Shown here piece by piece: positions 9,187 through 18,001 of a DNA stretch of 64,000 nucleotides; position 1 is the stretch's first letter, and each line of letters opens with the position of its first letter. Below the pieces are notes generated by a model. It saw only the letters and a program-made list of their open reading frames with translations, did no database searches and was not told where the DNA came from. Made by a program: the position numbers and the translations under genes. The DNA comes from Chloroflexota bacterium (GTDB lineage: Bacteria; Chloroflexota; Dehalococcoidia; UBA2979), in assembly GCA_027622315.1 (NCBI GenBank), contig JAQBZW010000001.1:433-64432 (forward strand), written 5' to 3'.

Positions 9187-11478
9187 TTGAAAGCGCCACG
9201 CGGTAGAATCCCTTCGAGAGCCACCACACTCGCGAGGGGACCCGCACTCATCATTTCGACCCGGTGTGCTTCCTGCGACGCCACCTTCGCCGGCGATGTG
9301 GCGTTCTGCCCAGAGTGCGGCGAGGTCGCCCAGGCGGCGCCGCCACATCCGGGCGACCTGCCGGCGCCGGCACCCGCGCCACGCCCGCTTCCACGCCCCG
9401 CGGCTACGCCGGCGACAGCGGGTGCGCCGGCACCCGCCCGCCTCCCCACCGAGCTCTACCGGTATAGACAGCGCCTGCGCGACACCTTCGGCTACCCCGA
9501 CTTCCGCGACGGGCAGGCCACGGTGCTCTCCGCGCTCGCCACCAGCGACGTGCTCGCCGTCATGCCCACCGGCAGCGGGAAGAGCCTCTGCTACGTGCTG
9601 CCCGCGCTCGAGGTGGGCCGCACGGTGGTCGTGTCGCCGCTGATCGCGCTCATGCAGGATCAGGTCGAAGGCCTGCAGGCGGCCGGCGTGGCGGCGACCT
9701 TCATCAATTCGAACGTCGGCCGCGACGAGCTGAATCGTCGCTACGCGGACTTCATCGCGGGACGCACCTCGCTGCTCTACGTCGCGCCCGAACGCTTCGC
9801 GAACGCCCGCTTCACAGAGGGCTTGCGGCGCGCCGGCGTGAACCTCTTCGCTGTGGACGAAGCGCACTGCATCTCGGAGTGGGGCCACAACTTCCGCCCT
9901 GACTACCTCCTGCTCGGCGCGATCCGCGCGCGGCTCGGCAATCCGCGCACGCTCGCGCTCACCGCCACCGCCAATCCGCGCGTGCGTCGCGACGTGCTCG
10001 CGCGGCTCGGCCTCAGCGGCCGCGCGCAGGAAGTCGTCACCACCGTGGACCGGCCGAACCTGCTGTACTCGGTGCACTCCATCGGCAGCCCGGCGGATCG
10101 CACGCGCTGGGTGATCGACTACGCACAGGCGCGTCCGGGCCAGGCCGGCATCGTGTACGCGCGCACGCGCCGTTCCGTCGACGAGCTCGCCAGCGCGTTG
10201 CAGGCAGCCGGTGTCCAGGCAGCCGCGTACCACGCGGGCCTCGGGCGCGAAGAACGCTCGACCGTGCAGCGGCGCTTCACGGTCGGCGACCTCCCGGTGA
10301 TCGTCGCGACCAACGCCTTCGGCATGGGCGTGGACAAGCCCGACGTCCGTTATGTCGTGCACTTCAACATGCCCGCCCGCCTCGAGTCCTACTACCAGGA
10401 GGCCGGCCGCGGGGGACGTGACGGCGACCCCGCAGAATGCACGCTGCTCTTCGCACCCTCCGATCGACGCGTGCAACAGCGCATGATCGAACAGTCGCAC
10501 CCGGACGCCGCGGCCGTGCGCGACACGTGGCGCCGCTGGGTGACGCTTGCCCGCAGCAGCGATGGGCGCCTGCCGAGCGGCCTCGCCGATGGGGACGTGG
10601 AGCGCTTCGCGATCACGGTCGCCGCCCTCCGCCACTCCGGCCTGATCGAGCCGGTCGCGCTGAGCCTCACGAGCCTCGACCCCGACGCGGCGATCGATCT
10701 GTCGAGCATCACCGAGCACCGGGCGTACGCCGAGGCGCGGCTACGCGAGATGTCGGAGTACGCCGAGACGGACCACTGCCGGCGCGCGCTCATCCTCCGC
10801 TACTTCGGCGAGACGCCGGAGGAGAGCTGCGAGCGTTGTGACATCTGCCTGGGTACCGCGACCACCGAGCGCGCGGACTACCCGTCGGATCTCTTCGAGG
10901 GACTGCTCGATCTGCGCGAACAGATCGCTCGCCAGAGCGGACGGGACCCGTCGCGCGTATTCGAACTGCGCACCGCACGCGAACTGGCCGAACAGCGGCC
11001 GCGCACCCGCGAGCAGCTGCTCGCCGTCTGGGGCATGGGTGAGCGGCGCGCGGACTGGTTCGGCCGGGAGCTGGTCGCCGCGATCGACGAGTGGAACGCG
11101 GCGCACCCCGACGCGCCGCCGCCGAGCGTCGCCCCGCCCGCGTCCGGGCGCCGCAGCTCAGGCGGGAGCGGCCGCGCCGCTCGCAGTGACAGGGATGCGC
11201 GCGACCCCGGCATCGAGGCCGTGCGCGACGATCCGTTGTTCGACGCTCTGCGGCGCTGGCGCTCGGGGCGCGCTCGCGAGGACGGCGTGCCGGCGTACGT
11301 GCTCTTCTCGGACCGCACCATGCGGGAGCTGGTCGCCGTGCGGCCCGGGTCGCGCGACGAACTGCTCGGGGTATGGGGACTCGGCGAGGCACGCGTGGAA
11401 CGCTTCGGGGAAGCGCTGCTCGGCGTAATCCGCGACCCCGAGACGGCGCCACCGGAACGCGGCGAGCCGGGGCGATGA
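9187..11478 (+). CDS. recQ: ATP-dependent DNA helicase RecQ with an N-terminal Zn-ribbon and two C-terminal HRDC domains
   Basis: CASCDATFAGDVAFCPEC is a zinc ribbon. DGQATVLSALATSDVLAVMPTGSGKSLCY and DEAHCISEWGHNFRPDY are helicase motifs I and II. CRRALILRYFGE...CERCDIC is the RQC Zn site. Two HRDC-like segments follow. The TTG start at 9187 is uncertain. Confidence 0.9.
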   Translation: MKAPRGRIPSRATTLARGPALIISTRCASCDATFAGDVAFCPECGEVAQAAPPHPGDLPAPAPAPRPLPRPAATPATAGAPAPARLPTELYRYRQRLRDTFGYPDFRDGQATVLSALATSDVLAVMPTGSGKSLCYVLPALEVGRTVVVSPLIALMQDQVEGLQAAGVAATFINSNVGRDELNRRYADFIAGRTSLLYVAPERFANARFTEGLRRAGVNLFAVDEAHCISEWGHNFRPDYLLLGAIRARLGNPRTLALTATANPRVRRDVLARLGLSGRAQEVVTTVDRPNLLYSVHSIGSPADRTRWVIDYAQARPGQAGIVYARTRRSVDELASALQAAGVQAAAYHAGLGREERSTVQRRFTVGDLPVIVATNAFGMGVDKPDVRYVVHFNMPARLESYYQEAGRGGRDGDPAECTLLFAPSDRRVQQRMIEQSHPDAAAVRDTWRRWVTLARSSDGRLPSGLADGDVERFAITVAALRHSGLIEPVALSLTSLDPDAAIDLSSITEHRAYAEARLREMSEYAETDHCRRALILRYFGETPEESCERCDICLGTATTERADYPSDLFEGLLDLREQIARQSGRDPSRVFELRTARELAEQRPRTREQLLAVWGMGERRADWFGRELVAAIDEWNAAHPDAPPPSVAPPASGRRSSGGSGRAARSDRDARDPGIEAVRDDPLFDALRRWRSGRAREDGVPAYVLFSDRTMRELVAVRPGSRDELLGVWGLGEARVERFGEALLGVIRDPETAPPERGEPGR

Positions 11479-11608
11479 ACCCCGCGTCGCCGTACGCGGG
11501 CACCCCCGACTTGCGCGGGTGTTCACACGTCGGGCATCATTAGCGAAGTTGACGCTGCTCTTTCGGCAGCACTCGAGCAACACTCGATACGACAGGGGAG
11601 TGACCCGC

Positions 11609-11950
11609 ATGGACCTGACCATCACGGACATCGCCAAGGAGCGCCTCAGCACCCTCGTCGAAGAGCGGAAGACCAGCCCGGCACAGGGCATCCGTATCTT
11701 CACGCAGTCCGGCGGCTGCGGTTGCAGCGGTCCCCGCTTCGGCATGGGCCTCGACGAGCCGACCGGCGAAGATGCCGTGCTGACGATCGGGACGCTCACG
11801 TTCCTCGTCGACCCGACCTCGGCGGACATCCTCGAAGGCGCCTCGATCGACTTTGTCGACGACGTCCTCCAGTCCGGCTTCGCGATCGACGCACCAAAGG
11901 CGAAGGAGATGGGCGGCGGCTCCTGCGGCTGCGGCGGCGGCGCGCACTAA
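11609..11950 (+). CDS. HesB/IscA-family iron-sulfur cluster insertion (A-type carrier) protein
   Basis: MDLTITDIAKERLSTLVEE...GIRIFTQSGGCGCSGPRFGMGLDE...IDFVDDVLQSGFAIDAPK...SCGCGG. AGGGGAG lies 8 nt before the ATG. Confidence 0.8.
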   Translation: MDLTITDIAKERLSTLVEERKTSPAQGIRIFTQSGGCGCSGPRFGMGLDEPTGEDAVLTIGTLTFLVDPTSADILEGASIDFVDDVLQSGFAIDAPKAKEMGGGSCGCGGGAH

Positions 11951-12000
11951 CCCCCGGGCGGCGGCACCAGCCGTCGTCTCCACGATCGCTACGATGACAG

Positions 12001-12030
12001 CCGGCCCGAATGGGCCGGCTGTTTGCTTGT
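12001..12030 (+). terminator. intrinsic terminator-like hairpin CCGGCCC-GAAT-GGGCCGG followed by a T-rich tract
   Basis: ccggcccgaatgggccggctgtttgcttgt, directly after hesB. The ATP-grasp gene's SD and ATG follow. Confidence 0.5.
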
Positions 12031-12040
12031 CGGAGGCGCC

Positions 12041-13276
12041 ATGCCCCGCGTGCTCTTGCTGATCCCCACGAGGAGCTATCGCGCGCCGGACTTCATGGAC
12101 GCGGCGGCGAAGCTCGGCATCGAGGTCGTCGTCGGCTCAGACGCCCGCAGCCCGCTCGAGGCGCTCAACGGCGGACGCACCGTCGGGCTCGACTTCGCGC
12201 ACCCCGACACCGGTGCGAGCGAGATCGAGGCGTTCGCGCGGACGCACCCGCTGGACACGATCGTCGCCGTCGACGACGCGGGGGCGCTCATTGCGGCGCG
12301 CGCCGCGCGCCGGCTGGAGCTCCCGTACAACCCCGTCTCCGCGGTCGAGGCGACGCGCAACAAGTCGCTGCTGCGCGAGCGTCTCGCCGCCGCGGGGCTG
12401 CCCTCGCCGGCCTTCCATGTCCTGCGCACGAGCGACGATCCCCGCCCCGCGGCGAACGCGCTGGCGTACCCCGTGGTGCTGAAGCCGCTCGCGCTGTCGG
12501 CCAGCCGCGGCGTGATCCGCGCCGACGACGCCGACGCCTTCGTGGACGCCTTCGCGCGCGTGTGCGCGATCCTCGCGAGCGATGAGGCGCGCGCCGAGTG
12601 CGGCGCGGAGCTGGCCGACCGTGTGCTCGTGGAGGGCTACATCCCCGGCACGGAAGTCTCGCTCGAAGGGTTGCTCGACCATGGCCGGCTGCGTGTGCTC
12701 GCGTTGTTCGACAAGCCCGATCCGCTCGATGGGCCGTTCTTCGAAGAGACGATCTACGTCACGCCGTCACGATTGCCGGACGCGGACCAACGACTGGTCG
12801 CGGAGACGGCCGAGCGTGCGTGTGCGGCGCTCGGGCTCGTCGACGGACCGGTGCACGCCGAGCTGCGGCTGAACGCGGACGGGGCGTACGCGATCGACAT
12901 CGCGGCGCGCTCGATCGGCGGATTGTGTGCGCGCACGCTCTCGTTCGGGACGGGCATGTCGCTCGAGGAGCTGCTGCTCCGGCACGCGATCGGCGCCGAC
13001 GTGCCGTCGTTCGAACGGCAGTCCGCCGCTGCGGGCGTGATGATGATCCCGATCCCCGCCGGCGGCACGCTGCGCGGCGTCGCTGGCGTCGCCACCGCCG
13101 AGGCGGTCCCGCTGATCGAGTCCGTCACGATCTCGATGCACGTGGGCAGCCGCATCACGCCGCTGCCCGAGGGCAGCGAGTACCTGGGCTTCATCTTTGC
13201 GCGCGGCGAGGGGCCCGCTGCCGTGGAGGCCGCGCTGCGCTCCGCACACGCGGCGCTGCGATTCGAGATCGCGTAG
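12041..13276 (+). CDS. ATP-grasp domain ligase (carboxylate-amine ligase family, substrate unknown)
   Basis: MPRVLLLIPTRSYRAPDFMDAAAKLGIEVVVGSD...TRNKSLLRERLAAAGLPSPAF...YPVVLKPLALSASRGV... has ATP-grasp architecture. GGAGG precedes the ATG. Confidence 0.7.
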   Translation: MPRVLLLIPTRSYRAPDFMDAAAKLGIEVVVGSDARSPLEALNGGRTVGLDFAHPDTGASEIEAFARTHPLDTIVAVDDAGALIAARAARRLELPYNPVSAVEATRNKSLLRERLAAAGLPSPAFHVLRTSDDPRPAANALAYPVVLKPLALSASRGVIRADDADAFVDAFARVCAILASDEARAECGAELADRVLVEGYIPGTEVSLEGLLDHGRLRVLALFDKPDPLDGPFFEETIYVTPSRLPDADQRLVAETAERACAALGLVDGPVHAELRLNADGAYAIDIAARSIGGLCARTLSFGTGMSLEELLLRHAIGADVPSFERQSAAAGVMMIPIPAGGTLRGVAGVATAEAVPLIESVTISMHVGSRITPLPEGSEYLGFIFARGEGPAAVEAALRSAHAALRFEIA

Positions 13277-13331
13277 CCGGGAGCCCGCGCCGTGTCTCGC
13301 GCGCGGCGTATCGCGCGCCCGGCGGGACGCG

Positions 13332-13951
13332 TCAGCCCGCGACGGGGCCGGGGTCGAGATGGCTGAGGAGCACCACGTCTGCGCCCAGCGCCCGCAGTGG
13401 CTCCACCGCCGGCGCGTCTGCGAACTCCTCGGCCTGTCCGGCGATCAGCGTCCGCCCGCCCACACCCTCGACAAGCACGCACTGGTGTCCGGGCGTGTGC
13501 CGGGCGCCGACACGAGCGCGAGCCCCGGTGCGAGCTCCACGTCGCCAGCATGCTCGACGTAGCGAGCGCCCGGGAACCAGACCCACTCGGCGATCGTGTA
13601 GCGAGGCTCGCGCGCCGCGGCGACCTCCGCCGCCTGCACGTGGATCGGGACCTCAGGGAAGGCGCTGTTCCCGCCGGCGTGGTCGAAGTGCAGGTGCGTG
13701 TTCACGATCGCCTCGATGTCGCCGGGCGCCACGCCATGCTCGGCGAGCGCCCCAGCGAGCGGCCGTCGAACCGGCCGGTACTGCTCGTCGATGAACGCCG
13801 ATCCCTCGCCCACGCCCGTGTCGACCAACCATGGCCGCGCGCCCGCGCGGAGCACGAGGTAGCCATAAATCGGAAGCACGAGGTTCGGCGTGGGATGCCA
13901 ATCGGGAGTCGTGACCTCAGCGAGGCGGAGCGGGATGACTCGGTTGGTCAC
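13332..13951 (-). pseudogene. MBL-fold metallo-hydrolase (lactonase/glyoxalase-II-like), frameshifted near 13500
   Basis: The 5' part (GTG 13951, GGGAGG SD) gives ...VNTHLHFDHAGGNSAF...ELAPGLALVSAPG. The continuation HTPGHQCVLVEGVGGRTLIAG...VLLSHLDP is in the -1 frame (track ORF 13332..13586). One missing G in a CCCGG(G) run breaks SAPG|HTPGH. Confidence 0.6.
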
Positions 13952-13976
13952 GAGGCGACCTCCCGCCGGCGCAGGA

Positions 13977-15542
13977 CTAGAGCCCGAGCGCCCGATCGAG
14001 CGGCGCGAGCTGCGCCTCCGTTGGCTCGGCACAGCAGAACCACGATTCGGTCAGGCCAGGCACGGTGGCGCCGGGCTGTGCGGCCACCGTGACCGGACCC
14101 TCCACGCCGAGCAGGTGCCGGTACGCCGCCGCCTTCACGTGACGGAAGATCTCGATCGCGTCAGTGTCATCGTCACAGCCCTCGCACGCCGCGGACTCGA
14201 CGATCGTCGAGAGCTCGCGCTGAAGCGCGTCGAGACGCGGGTCGGCCGCCGCCCACGTGTACGTCAGCGTGTCATCGTCGAACGGGCCGAGCCGGCCCTC
14301 GCAGTCGAGGCGCGCGATCAACGGCGACCCGGGCGGGACCAGCAGGCGGATCGCGTACTGCACCGGCTGTACGTTCGCGACGAGCCCGTGGCGCTCGATG
14401 AACGCCAGCAGGTCGAGGAAGTCCACCGCAGTCGTCCACGGCATGTGCGCCACCCAGGTCGGTCGCAGCGCGATGCCAGCGGCACTCGCGAGCGCGAGCG
14501 CGCGCTCCATGTCAGCCAGCGTGTGGCCCTTTTCGAGGATCGCGAGCGTCTCGTCGTTCGTCGATTCGAACGCGCACGTCACGAACAGACAGCCGAGCGC
14601 GCGCAGTCGCGGCAACACGTCGGCGTGCTCGATCAGGTGCTCGACCTTGATCGTCGCGTCGAAGGTGACCGCGGGGTACTGCTCATGGAGCGACTCGGCG
14701 AGTGAGAGCGCATGCGGCGCGGCGTTCAGGAAATCGGGGTCCCCGAAGGTGATGTGCTCGGCGCCGGCGGCCACGAGCTGATCGATGTCGGCCAGCACGG
14801 TCTCGCGCGCGACGAGCCGCAGCCGCCCGCCGTACACCGGCGTGAGCGGGCAATGCGTGCACTGGTGCGCGCACCCGCGGGTCGCCTCCACGTAGCCCAC
14901 GAGCCGGCGTGCCGTTCCGTGCGCGAGCCGCGCGTATGCGTCGAGCGGCGGCAGCCCGTGCCGATCCGGCACCGGGAAGTCCTGTCGTGCGAACGCCGGC
15001 TCCGCGCCGACACCCGGCAGCGCGCCTGCCGGCGTTGCTCCCGCAGCGCGCGCGGCGAGCTGCGCGGCGAACGCCACGAGCGCGGGCTCGTATTCGCCGC
15101 CGATCACCGCGTCGGCGAGCCCGTCGCGCATGAGGCGCGCGTACAGCGGCGACGCGTACAGCCCGTAGAAGGCGATGCGCAGCGGGAGCGCGCGCCGCCG
15201 CAGCCGTGTCGCGAGATCGATGCCGACGCGCGCCGCCGTGTGCATGGGCACGGAGATGGCCACGAGGTCGACGTCGTCGAAGCGCTCGCGCTCCGGCGAC
15301 TCCACGGCGAGATCCAGCGTGCGCACGTCGTGACCGGCGCGCCGCAGCGCAGCGGCCGGCGCGGCCAGCCCGAGCGGCTGGTGACCGAGCTCATACGTCG
15401 AGACGAGCAGCACGCGCAATGCGCGCGCGTCCCCCACCGGGCGAGGCGATCGCAGCGATCGCAGCGATCGCAGCGATCGCAGCGACGCGTCGAGCGCGAG
15501 CGACCGCACGGCCGATCTCGCCGGCGTCGACGACGCGGTCAT
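13977..15542 (-). CDS. B12-binding domain / radical SAM domain protein
   Basis: The N-terminal part, RVLLVSTYELGHQPLGLAAPAAALRRAGHDVRTLDL, is a cobalamin-binding Rossmann-type domain. YVEATRGCAHQCTHCPL carries the CX3CX2C radical SAM motif. The C-terminal roughly 120 aa include CEGC and WFCC. The ATG lies 7 nt after the nfuA-like stop. Confidence 0.8.
   Translation of the reverse strand: MTASSTPARSAVRSLALDASLRSLRSLRSLRSPRPVGDARALRVLLVSTYELGHQPLGLAAPAAALRRAGHDVRTLDLAVESPERERFDDVDLVAISVPMHTAARVGIDLATRLRRRALPLRIAFYGLYASPLYARLMRDGLADAVIGGEYEPALVAFAAQLAARAAGATPAGALPGVGAEPAFARQDFPVPDRHGLPPLDAYARLAHGTARRLVGYVEATRGCAHQCTHCPLTPVYGGRLRLVARETVLADIDQLVAAGAEHITFGDPDFLNAAPHALSLAESLHEQYPAVTFDATIKVEHLIEHADVLPRLRALGCLFVTCAFESTNDETLAILEKGHTLADMERALALASAAGIALRPTWVAHMPWTTAVDFLDLLAFIERHGLVANVQPVQYAIRLLVPPGSPLIARLDCEGRLGPFDDDTLTYTWAAADPRLDALQRELSTIVESAACEGCDDDTDAIEIFRHVKAAAYRHLLGVEGPVTVAAQPGATVPGLTESWFCCAEPTEAQLAPLDRALGL
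15448..15483. repeat. tandem repeat (GATCGCAGC)x4 inside the 5' end of the radical SAM ORF, encoding (SLR)n
   Basis: Four perfect 9-bp units plus one degenerate unit, read from the sequence. Confidence 0.8.
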
Positions 15543-15549
15543 CGGTGGG

Positions 15550-16176
15550 CTATTTCTTCGCCGGCTCGTAGTACGGGTTGTCGCCCGAGGCGTGGTCGGT
15601 CGAGTCGAGCACCTGCTCGATCCCGGGGACCTGTTCCCGCACGGCGACTTCGATGCCCTGCTTGAGGGTGACGTTCGCCATGCCGCAACCCTGGCAGCCG
15701 CCGCCGAACTCGACGTAGGCGATCGGCCCCTCGACGGCGAGCAGGTTGACGACGCCGCCGTGCGCGGCGATGGCCGGGTTGATCTGCTCGTCGAAGAGAC
15801 GCTGGATCATCTCTTCGGTCTCGCTCAGCCAGAGCGGGTTGGGGTTCGTGAACTCGAGCCCGGAGCGGTCCGGACCCTTGTGTGCGTAGTTCACCTCGAC
15901 GCCGTCGAGGTAGCGCGCGTTGCGGCGCTCGATGTAGACGCGGAGCCCATCCTCGGTCTCGACGACGAGGTCGTCTTCGACCTGCGCGCCGTCCTCGACC
16001 AGGCTCAGGATGTGCTGGAACTGACCTTCCGCACGTCCCATGATCTGGAGCCGCAGCCCGGCGACCGGGTTCGGGTGACTGCCGATCACATCGGAGAGCT
16101 TCTCGGCGGCGGCGTCCGTGAAGGTGACCTTCGGAAGCTGCATGGGTTCGTCCGTCTGCTGCGGTTCATTCGTCAT
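15550..16176 (-). CDS. NfuA-like Fe-S biogenesis protein (degenerate A-type carrier domain plus C-terminal Nfu domain)
   Basis: MTNEPQQTDEPMQLPKVTFTDAAAEKL... C-terminal ...NLLAVEGPIAYVEFGGGCQGCGMANVTLKQGIE is Nfu-like with a CxxC motif. GAGGGGG lies upstream of the ATG. Confidence 0.7.
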   Translation of the reverse strand: MTNEPQQTDEPMQLPKVTFTDAAAEKLSDVIGSHPNPVAGLRLQIMGRAEGQFQHILSLVEDGAQVEDDLVVETEDGLRVYIERRNARYLDGVEVNYAHKGPDRSGLEFTNPNPLWLSETEEMIQRLFDEQINPAIAAHGGVVNLLAVEGPIAYVEFGGGCQGCGMANVTLKQGIEVAVREQVPGIEQVLDSTDHASGDNPYYEPAKK

Positions 16177-16347
16177 CTGGCCCTGCCCCCTCGGCGTCAC
16201 CGATTCTGCCAGCGTCGCCTGCACAGCGTAATTGACGAAGGCGTCAGCGCGCGAATCCAGCAGCGAACGCTCGCGGTCGATCACGCCACCGGCGGGCAGA
16301 TGCCGCGTGCTCGGGTGCGGTACCGACGGCGATCGACTGCTCGCGGA

Positions 16348-17061
16348 TCACAACTCGCCGAGGTAGGCGCGGCGCACGCTGTCGTTCGCGCTCAGTTCCG
16401 GGCCGGTACCCGAGAGCACGATCTGGCCCGACTCAACGACGTAGCCGCGGTTGGAGATCGCAAGCGCGCTGGTGGCGTTTTGCTCGACGAGCAGGATCGT
16501 CGTGCCCTCGCGGTTGATCTCGCGGATGCGTTCGAAGATCGCCTGCGTGAGGATCGGGGAGAGGCCCATCGACGGTTCGTCGAGCAGAAGCAGGACCGGC
16601 CGCGCCATGAGCGCGCGGCCGATCGCGAGCATCTGCTGCTCGCCGCCGGAGAGCGTGCCGCCCGTCTGATGTGCGCGCTCACGGAGGCGAGGGAACGTCT
16701 CGAACGCGCGCTCGAGGTCGCGCGCGATCTCGGGGCCGCGCGGGCGCAGGTACGCCCCCATCTCGAGGTTCTCGGTCACGGTCAAACGAGCGAAGATGCC
16801 GCGGCCCTCGGGCACGTGCGCGATGCCCGCTGCCGCCACCCGATGTGGCGCCTCGTTGGTGATCGGCCGACCGCGGAACAGCACCCCGCCGTCGGTCACA
16901 CGGACCAGTCCCGAAATCGCTCGCAGTGTGGTGCTCTTGCCCGCGCCGTTCGAGCCGATCAGACAGACGGTCTCGCCTTCATCGACCTCGATGCTGATGC
17001 CGCGGACGGCGCGGATGGCGCCGTACCCGGCATGAACGGCTTCAAGCGCGAGGAGCGGCAT
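16348..17061 (-). CDS. livF: branched-chain amino acid ABC transporter ATP-binding protein LivF
   Basis: GSNGAGKSTTL (Walker A), LSGGEQQMLAIGRAL (signature), LLLLDEP (Walker B). Confidence 0.85.
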   Translation of the reverse strand: MPLLALEAVHAGYGAIRAVRGISIEVDEGETVCLIGSNGAGKSTTLRAISGLVRVTDGGVLFRGRPITNEAPHRVAAAGIAHVPEGRGIFARLTVTENLEMGAYLRPRGPEIARDLERAFETFPRLRERAHQTGGTLSGGEQQMLAIGRALMARPVLLLLDEPSMGLSPILTQAIFERIREINREGTTILLVEQNATSALAISNRGYVVESGQIVLSGTGPELSANDSVRRAYLGEL

Positions 17062-18001
17062 GACCGTCTTCCTCACCGCCCACCGGCGTACCGCTCCCGA
17101 GGTACGCCTCGATCACGGCAGCATCGCGCTGGATCTCGCGCGGCGCGCCCTCCGCGATCTTGCGGCCGTAGTCGAGCACGGTGATGCGCTCGCACACGCC
17201 CATGACCACGCTCATCGCGTGCTCGATCAGCAGCACGGTCACGCCGAGCTCGTCGCGCATGCGACGTACGAGCTGCACGACGGCTGCCGATTCGGCGGGA
17301 TTCATCCCGGCGGTCGGTTCGTCGAGCAGCAGCAGGCGCGGTTCGGTCGCGAGCGCGCGCGCGAGCTCGAGCCGGCGTTGGTCGCCGTACGGGAGGTTGC
17401 GCGCCAGCACGTTCTCGCGACCGCTCAGACCGACGAAGCGGAGCAGCTCCGCGCAACGCGCGACCGCCTCGGACTCCGCAGCGCGCACCGCCGGCGGACG
17501 AATAATCGCGCCGGCGACCTCGAGCACGCCATGCGTGAGCGCGGCCGGAACGCCCGGAAGCAGCTGGATCGCCGAGAGCACGCGGTTGGTGCGATGGCGA
17601 CGCGCATCGGCGCGCCGCTCACCCGACCGCGCGCCGATACGCGCGTGATGCCCGACGAGCACGTTTTCGAGCACGGTCATCGCCGAGAAGAGGCGGATGT
17701 TCTGGAAGGTGCGGGACACCCCGGACTCGGCGATCTCGTGGCGGTACAGCCCGTCGATGCGCTGGTCGTCCAGCGTGATCATGCCGGCCGTCGGCCGGTA
17801 GTAGCCGCTCACGACGTTGAACAGCGTCGTCTTGCCCGCACCGTTCGGACCGATCAGCCCGTGGATCGCCCCCGGGGCGACGTCGAGTTCGACGTCGTCG
17901 AGCGCGACGAGGCCCTCGAAGCGCATGGTCAGCCCGCGCACCGCGAGCCGCGGCGTCGCCTCCCCGTCGGCGGTCGTCGCGGCCACAGTTGCGAGCGTCA
18001 T
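17042..18001 (-). CDS. livG: branched-chain amino acid ABC transporter ATP-binding protein LivG
   Basis: MTLATVAATTADGEA...GPNGAGKTTLFN...LPYGDQRRLELARAL...LLLLDEP. There is an ATGA overlap with the livM stop. The 5' 261 codons of the track ORF are discarded. Confidence 0.85.
   Translation of the reverse strand: MTLATVAATTADGEATPRLAVRGLTMRFEGLVALDDVELDVAPGAIHGLIGPNGAGKTTLFNVVSGYYRPTAGMITLDDQRIDGLYRHEIAESGVSRTFQNIRLFSAMTVLENVLVGHHARIGARSGERRADARRHRTNRVLSAIQLLPGVPAALTHGVLEVAGAIIRPPAVRAAESEAVARCAELLRFVGLSGRENVLARNLPYGDQRRLELARALATEPRLLLLDEPTAGMNPAESAAVVQLVRRMRDELGVTVLLIEHAMSVVMGVCERITVLDYGRKIAEGAPREIQRDAAVIEAYLGSGTPVGGEEDGHAAPRA

Noticed and set aside
9019-11503. ORFs 9019..10719(-) 566 aa and 10790..11503(-) 237 aa antisense to recQ
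   Set aside because: RecQ on the plus strand has complete helicase, RQC and HRDC motifs. The antisense ORFs are low-complexity R/G/A-rich translations.
15448-15483. Possible CRISPR array at the 9-bp tandem repeat
   Set aside because: The units are 9 bp and directly abutting with no spacers, so this is a microsatellite-type tandem repeat, not CRISPR.
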